This document shows, piece by piece, positions 55,965-64,000 of a stretch of DNA of 64,000 nucleotides; within the stretch, counting starts at the first letter, position 1, and each line of letters begins with the position of its first letter. This stretch comes from Octopus vulgaris (Eukaryota). The stretch is taken from positions 59,458,001 through 59,522,000 of the forward strand of contig OX597819.1 of NCBI GenBank assembly GCA_951406725.2. Reading direction: 5' to 3'. The position numbers were made by a program, and so were the translations under genes. The notes beneath the pieces were generated by a model, which saw only the letters and a program-made list of their open reading frames with translations, ran no database searches and had not been told where the DNA came from.

Positions 55965-56265
55965 TAAAGAAAAAATAAACTACTATGACAATTTAAAGTG
56001 GGAAATACGAAGGTTGTGGAAGAGAGTAGACGTGATACCAATAAGCGGTGCACTTGGAAGTATCAGCACTCAACTACGAACATGGCTGAAAAAGATCGGT
56101 GCAAATGTGAAGGTAGAACACCTACAAAAATCAGCATTGCTTGGAACTGCAAGAATTCTTCACAGGGTTCTTGAAGCATGACCAGTAAACAAGTGTCCTC
56201 TGAGTCTGCTGGTGGACAGCTGACACTTTCTATCATACCCAGCAAAATAAGCTGTGAGTTTTCAT
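55965..56265 (+). mobile_element. R4/Dong-like (RLE) LINE 3' end
   Basis: EKINYYDNLKWEIRRLW...PISGALG...LQKSALLGTARIL; (TAA)n on both sides. Confidence 0.8.
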
Positions 56266-56496
56266 ATAATAATAATAATAACAATAATAACAACAACAAC
56301 AATAATAATAATGATAATAATAAAATTAAAATTTTAAAAATATAAAAAATGAACGAACTAGTGAGTTTAGTTTAATGGCCTACCAATGTATACTATGAGT
56401 TTCTTTGCCCTAGGAGTCGGGAAGACACTCGGCAAGAAATGGAAGCAAATTTGAAAGAAGAAGAAAAAAAAATGATAACAATAATAATAATAATAA

Positions 56497-56551
<55 letters not shown>

Positions 56552-58821
56552 TTCAAATTTCGGCACAAGGCTAGAAGTTTTAGGAGGAAGACGTCAATCA
56601 ATATCATCAGTCCCAGTACTTGATTGGTACTTTATTTTATTGAACCTGGAGGGATAAAAAGCAAAGCTGACCTTGGCATGATTTGAACTCAGGGAAATGA
56701 CCATTGCAGACTGGGTGAAATCAGTGTCAGACGCATGCCATGAAAGAAAGTATGTTGCTACATATTATTTTCAAGAATCCAATTTGCTACTTCATTTCGG
56801 TTACCATAACAATACTGACAAAAAAGCCGTTTTTTAGTTCTATTTACAATGACAACACTGTGGATCAGTAATGTTACTTTTCTTTTTCTTTTCTTTTTTT
56901 TTGCTTTAATAATAAAAACATATCATTATTTTCTCTAAATTAAGTAGATTTTAATGAAATTTCCTGCATGATATCAGCAGCTATGCCTGTCTTCCTCATT
57001 TATCATAATATTACTGATTATTCTGCTGCAAGTCTATTTCTGATTTATTACATTGGTCTCCTGTGGATCTTGTATAGTAAAAACTCAGTAGGTGGGTTGT
57101 CGTTTACACATTTACATGTTTCTAAGTATATAACAATCTGCTTGTCTGATTTATTTATGAATCTGTTCATCATAAGTATTTTGTTTTTCTCCTTCACTCT
57201 TTTTATCAGTCCACTTCATCAAATATCATTCTCCTATTCTGTCTGAAATTCTACATAAATGTTTATGTTTACTCATTCTTTCATTCTTTTCCTGGCTGTC
57301 CTCTTCTTCTCTCTACTGTTAACCTATGTCAGTGAGGAATTTTTTGTGTATAAACATGTCTTTGTACACACATACACGTGACTGGTTTACTCCATCTTAT
57401 TCTGTCACTATGCCAACACTCTGTGGAATTACTGAAAGAATCTGAATATTTCTGTTGTGTACCAGATAGAAAATGTGATCCTTTCATCACAGTTTATACA
57501 GAATTCCTTCTCAGCTAAAAAAAAATAAACTCTAGAAGCATTCAAAATTTCACTGGTAACAAAATTAATTGAAATAATTAAATTCAAAATACTTTTCTTT
57601 TATGTGTAGTTTGCATTTTCCTTTAACTCATTTAAATCGGAATAATTTTATGAGTTAGCAATTAATGTGTTGTGTTGGCAGTTGTTCTCTTGAATAGTTC
57701 AATCACCAAAAATATTTACTGTCGCAAAAAGTTTTGCACATATGTAGATATTACAAGAGTTACAAAAATGTACAAGATATTGCAAGTATTAGACATGTTA
57801 TGCTTTTACTTTAATTCATTTAAAACTGAATCCTTTTATATGTGTTTGCAATTATATTTTGCATCTGTCAGCAGCTGTTTCTCTTGAGCAGATTAACTCA
57901 TTTATAATAAGATTTACAGTTACAATAGTTTTGTATATATGTAGAAGATATTACAAGTGCTACAAGCAGCTGTGAATTTCAAAGCATGAACACCCTTTGA
58001 TGAATAGATTTTTGATGTATTTATTAACTAAACTACTAAATGCTGCTGCTACATTTTCCATTCTATAATTCCCTTTAAGAAGAAAAAAAAATCGTCAAAT
58101 TTGTTAGGGATAACATTGGAATAAAACTTAGAGCAATGCAAAGAACTTAAATGAGGGATATGAATATTATTGCTTTGAAAGCTCAAATAAAAAACTGGAA
58201 TGAGCATTTGGTAGTGTTATGACTTAAGCTAGCAAATCAGCATAATAATATATATTCTTCAAATAAGAAATGAGCCACTCACGTATCTTTTACTTGTTTC
58301 AGTTATTAGACCACAGCTAGGCTGGGGTACCACCTCGTAGAATTTTTAATTGAATGAATCCCCCCCCTCCCAGTACTTTTCTGGTACATATTCTATCAGT
58401 CTCTGTTGCTGCACCGCTAACTTATGGGAACATAAACAAATCAGTGGTGGTGGGGACAAACAAGCAAATACACACGCATGCATGCGCACGCACACACACA
58501 CACATGTGTGTATATATATATATAGCACAATAAAAGGTTGCAAATCTCATTCAGGGATAGCAAAATCCTATGAAAGTACAGGTTAGTTACCTATACAAAG
58601 AATGTTGAACATTATATTTAATACTCAACTGCAAGGTAACTATATAAACAGTGGTTTATATATATATTTATTTATCATAATAATAAGATGAGAAAATAGG
58701 TAATTAATAAATTATTATTTATCAATTAAAAAATTGACAATATATATATATATATATATACACATATATATATATATACATACATATATATATATATATA
58801 CATACATATATATATATATAT

Positions 58822-60866
58822 ATTGAAAGCAGTGAAAAGTCCCGCCTAAAAATAAAACTGTTGGAAATCGAAAAATGTCTGCAACTCTCCCATGAAAAGG
58901 AAAGAGCAGACAAAGAAGCCTGGGCTATAGACAACATAAAATCTAACCCCAGAGCTTTCTACAGGTATGCCAAAGAAGCAGCTACGGTGCACTGTAGAAT
59001 AGGGCCACTCCTCGAAAAGGATGGCACACTTACAGGAAAACCAATGAGGGTAAGTGAAATACTGAATGAGCAATTCAAGAGTGTTTTCACTCCACCCCTT
59101 GGGCATCTCCAAATCACCAATCCAACTGACTTTTTTACCACTGCAGATATAAAATCAGAGGCGGCGACGATAGATTACATCGATATAAAGGAAGACGATG
59201 TAATCAAGGCTATAGATGAAATGAAAACAGACTCAGCTACTGGCCCCGATGGATTCCCGGCAATCCTCCTAAAAGCATGTAAGAGAGTCCTAGCAAGACC
59301 ACTGCAGTTCCTCTTTCAGAGCTTCCTTGCAGCTGGCAAACTTCCAAGAAAACTGAAGAAAGGTAAAATATGCCCCATTCATAAAGGAGGTAGCAGAGCA
59401 GAAGCCAAGAACTATAGACCTATCTCTCTGACCTCACACATCAGCAAGGTCATGGAATGAATAGTCAGAAGGAAGCTGATCACCTTCCTTGAAGAGAATG
59501 ACTTGCTGCCCGACACCCAACATGGTTTCCGACCAGGGAGAAGCTGTTTAACTCAGCTCCTACAACACTATGACTGGGTGCTGAAACGGCTGCTCAACCA
59601 CTCAAATGTGGAAGTGATATATCTCGACTTTGCAAAAGCCTTTGATAAAGTCGATCATGGAATGATATGTCACAAACTGCGTGATCTCAACATAGTTGGA
59701 AAACTGGGAGAATGGCTTCATGACTTTCTGAAAGATAGAAGTCAGGTGGTAGTGGCCAATGGGGCCACTTCCATTAACACGCAAATAGTGAGCAGTGTTC
59801 CGCAGGGCACTGTTCTGGGACCACTACTGTTCATAATGGCCCTCTCAGACATGCCCTCAGCCACGCAGAGAGCCACGATCACAAGTTATGCAGATGATAC
59901 AAAAGTTTCACAGGCAATACAGAACCCTGAGGACACTAAACACCTGCAATGTGAGCTAGACAAAATATACAAGTGGGCCGAAAAGAATAGCATGCAGTTC
60001 AATGCTGAAAAGTTTCAAGCTCTATACTATCAGCATGCAAAACTAAATGCAATACCCAATGAATACACTGGACCCGGAGGAATAGTAATCCCAGAGGCAC
60101 AATCAGTGCGTGACCTAGGTATTTACATGAGTGATGACGCGACCTTTCGTGTACATGTTGCTAAATTGGCAATGAAATGTAGACGACTGGCCGGATGGAT
60201 CCTCAGAACCTTTAGAACAAGAGAACAAGAAACCATGATGGTCCTCTGGAGGACACTTGTCCTAAGCCACTTTGACTACTGCTCTCAGTTATGGTCACCA
60301 TCCAGTGTCAAGTTGATCACAGAGCTCGAGGCGATCCAACGTAGCTACACGAAGAAGATAGCCTCTATGCAGAATGTAAGCTACTGGGAAAGACTCAAGA
60401 GATTAAAACTATATTCCCTGGAGCGTAGGTGGGAAAGATATGCCATAATATACATCTGGAAGATCCTGGAGGGAAGTGTCCTGAACTTTGGCATCGAGAG
60501 TTACGCAAATGCCAGAACTGGGCGCCACTGCATGGTGCCTAGGACTCCAAACTTGCCATCAAGATGTAGGACAAGATTCTGTGATAGCCTGGGCTTCCGA
60601 GGCCCACAGCTCTTCAATATCCTCCCGAAGAACCTGAGAGACCTGCATGGGGTGGATGCAGATGTCTTTAAAATGAAGCTGGATCTCTTCCTGTCAGGTG
60701 TCCCAGATGAACCAACTTCACGGCAGGAGGGGCATATGAGGGCAGCTGCATCGAACTCTCTCATGCACCAAATGGCAGTTGCTAGAAAGCTTTCGTGAAG
60801 TGAAACCAAGTAGCAACACCAAATGGCGGTGCCCCAGCATGGCCACAGCTCATAAGCTGAAACTAG

Positions 60867-60902
<36 letters not shown>
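58822..60902 (+). mobile_element. 5'-truncated CR1/L2-group LINE, ORF2 RT with one premature stop
   Basis: ORFs 58861-59460 and 59503-60798 are in frame (TGA at 59458, probably from CGA); NYRPISLTS, QHGFR, YLDFAKAFDKV, VPQG, YADDTK; (AATC)n tail. Confidence 0.95.
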
Positions 60903-60904
<2 letters not shown>

Positions 60905-61375
60905 ATATGTGTGTGTGTATAATTAAGAGAAATAACCTCTATTAAGCAATTCAATAGTGAAAGACATTATCGATATTAAATAGAAAAAAATTTAAATATA
61001 ATATAATAAATATTATTCAAAAAATCAATAAATTAAATAAACAAGCTTTTTCAGTTTCTGTCTACCAAATCCACTCACAAGGCTCTGTCAACTGAAGCGT
61101 ACAGTAGAAGACACTTTCACAAGGTACTGTGCAGTATGACTGAAGCGAAAACCCTGTGCTTGATATACAAACTGGGACAAGAACGTGAAACATCTAGAAG
61201 ACAACACAAGAAACACAGGATGGGACATTCGAAGCCCTCAATCATCAGTCAAGAACCGGGTCATCTTCGCAATTTCAGCTGATTAATCTTGAGATTGCTC
61301 CGACCTGGGCAGCCCCCAAGGGAAATCTAATGTATATATATATATATACAAATATATAAAAACACTACACTCATT

Positions 61376-61377
61376 AA

Positions 61378-61420
<43 letters not shown>

Positions 61421-61448
61421 ATTATTATTATAATTATTATTATTATTA

Positions 61449-61522
<74 letters not shown>

Positions 61523-61541
61523 ATTATTATTATTATTATTA

Positions 61542-61604
<63 letters not shown>
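61376..61604. repeat. (TAT)n microsatellite
   Basis: Direct inspection. Confidence 0.95.
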
Positions 61605-61605
<1 letters not shown>

Positions 61606-62034
61606 TGTGCTGAACTTCTGTCCTCCTCCTCCCTCCTCCTCTCCTCCTCCTCATCATCATCATTATTATCATCATCATTGAGGGTGGGGAGGGAAGTATT
61701 GCCCTGTAGCATGTTTGTCGAAAGCTGGGTGAATGCTGGAAGACTAGCCAGTGTGAAAGGACCAATTCTGAGCATACACCTTTGAAGAAATTTAAGAAGG
61801 GCTCTTACCCTGTTGATCAGGTACCCATGGCTTTTGTGGGATTTTCGACAAGGAGTCTCAAAGTGCCTCCCCACTATTGGGAGATTTTATTGCTTAATTA
61901 TTATTGTTTTTTTTTATTGTTTACACATGTTAAAACCCTTTGTGCCATCCTGTGTTGTCTTTTATGTTGTTTTATGTAAGCCCTTGTGGCTAATAAAAGA
62001 ATGAATTATTATTATTATTATTATTATTATTATT

Positions 62035-62548
62035 TTTTTCCTTCTTTCTTCAAATTTTCTTTCATTTCTCACCGAGTATTTTCTGTACACCTAGCGCAGA
62101 GAAACTCATTGTATGCATTCCCAGATTACACACGAAAATTCACAGGTAATATATGTATTTTAAAAAAATTAATGAATAAATAAATTCATGAATGGATGTT
62201 ATTTTCACAGCGATAATGCTCTTCTCAGTACATGAGCCGTTCCAGTTAGCATGATTTTTTGCATTTCCTGTAGGGATGGTAAGCTTGGTATCATTTTCAA
62301 ATAGGCTTCAGTACCTTTTTTTTATCATTCCAAGAGATCCTACAATCACTGGTACTGTAGTCACCTTGAGATGCCACAATTTTTTCAATTTTTGTTAGCA
62401 AGTCTTTGTATTTACTGATCTTGTCAAATTCTTTTGCCACTATATTGTGATCACAAGGAATACTCATGTCAATTAATAAACACTCCTGTTTTCTCTGATC
62501 TTTTATAATAATATCCGGTTTATTAGCTTTTATAGTTTTGTCGGTATG
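62035..62548 (-). mobile_element. R4/Dong-like (RLE) LINE 3' fragment
   Basis: TDKTIKANKPDIII...LLIDMSIP...KISKYKDL (PD-D nuclease motif); (TTA)n on both sides. Confidence 0.85.
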
Positions 62549-63067
62549 TATAATTATTATTATAATTATTATTATTATTATTGTTGTTGTTGTTGTTGTT
62601 ATCATTATTATTACTATTGTTAAGGCGGTGAGCTGGCAGAACTGTTTAATACATCAGGCAAAATGCTTTGCGGTATTTCATCTGCCTGTGCGTTCTGAGT
62701 TCAAGTTCTGCCAAGGTCGACTTTACCTTTCATCCTCTTGGGGTCGATAAAATAAACACTGAGGTTGATATTATCTACTTACTCCTTACACCAAAATTTC
62801 AAACTTTGTGCCTATATTAGAAGGGATTATCATTATTATTATCATTATGTTAAGGTGGTGAGATAGAAGATCTGATAGCACGCTGGGCAAAATGCTTAGT
62901 GGTATTTTACCTGTTACTACACACTCTGAGTTCAAATTATGCTGAGATCAACTTTGCCTTTCATCCTTTCAGATTTGATAAATTAAGTACCAGTGAAACA
63001 CTGGGGCTGTTGTAATTGATTGGTTCCCTCCCACAAAATTTTGGGTCTTGTGTCTATAGTAGAAAGG

Positions 63068-63118
<51 letters not shown>

Positions 63119-63469
63119 GAGTGAAAGAGCAATACATGCCATCAAAGGGGTACTGGGGTAAAATATACAAAGTCCAATATACCCATCATGACTACCTGTC
63201 TGATAAGGGTACACTAGGCACATGCATTACAACCATATGTGCATGGCATGGTGATCTCATATCAAGATAAACAGCACATGACCTTGCAGGTGGAGGCCAG
63301 TTAGAATTTTCTTCAGGTCAAATAATCCGTTCTGCTGAAAAGGTCCCTGAATAAGAGTTGTTTAAGGATGTTGAATGCAACACCCATGTTTCCAGAGGCA
63401 AATCATTCAAACCTCAAAGGAAGTCCTCTCAACACATGGCTATGATGCTTCCCCACTACTTCTGCTCGT

Positions 63470-63790
63470 GAGGGCCATATTGGGCCGAGTTTGAGTACAT
63501 GCTCCAACTTGGCCTCATACGCCCCTCTACCAGCCCATGGGCATCTTCCCTTCACTTGGCATGAAAAGGAGAGTCTGATTTTCACCCGGTAGGAGATTAT
63601 CAATGCCTCAATGCAGTAACAATACCAGATCGATACACCATAAGAATTCTTCAGGATTTTTCAGTGAATTATCATGGCTGTACCATTTTTTCAAAAGATG
63701 ATCTTTTACATGCTTATCACCAAATACCAGTCAACCCAGCCGATGTTCTGAAAACTGCTATTACCACCCCTTTTGGGTGCTTTGAGTTTT
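63470..63790 (+). pseudogene. Gypsy reverse transcriptase N-terminal fragment
   Basis: IRPSTSPWASSLH...GDYQCLNAVTIPDRY...FSKDDL..AYHQIPV...KTAITTPFG. Confidence 0.9.
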
Positions 63791-64000
63791 GGGGGAACAA
63801 GCAAGGGTTGGTGCCAGGAAGGGCATCCTTTGATAGAAAATCTACCTCAACAAATTCTGTCTGATTCATGCAAGCATGGACATTAAAACGATGGTGGTGG
63901 TGGTGGTTTATACAGTGTGAGCCGATGGCCCAACATGTTCAACAGATCACTTAATGCACATGCTAAAGCAACTTCTTTTATAATATCTTGTTTTCTTTAA

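Overview
AT-rich, repeat-dominated eukaryotic DNA with no confidently identifiable host gene. The SINE repertoire and microsatellite load look like a coleoid cephalopod, probably Octopus (inference). Most ORFs in the track are microsatellite read-throughs. Real coding remnants are all transposon-derived: CR1/L2-group, RTE and R4/Dong-like LINEs, two Penelope-like element (PLE) lineages, a Gypsy LTR element and Tc1/mariner transposases. There are also MITEs, a non-autonomous Helitron and dozens of SINEs. The most unusual signal is at least eight long fold-back inverted repeats (arms about 65-650 bp). Several carry minimal hammerhead ribozyme (HHR) motifs of the PLE type, including a core with the C3-G8 pair swapped to G3-C8. 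Two of these families place a tRNA-like Pol III head upstream of the ribozyme-like motif. Two fold-backs copy local host sequence, and one buries a candidate exon in a perfect 150-bp stem. All structures were read by eye and coordinates may be off by a few bases.
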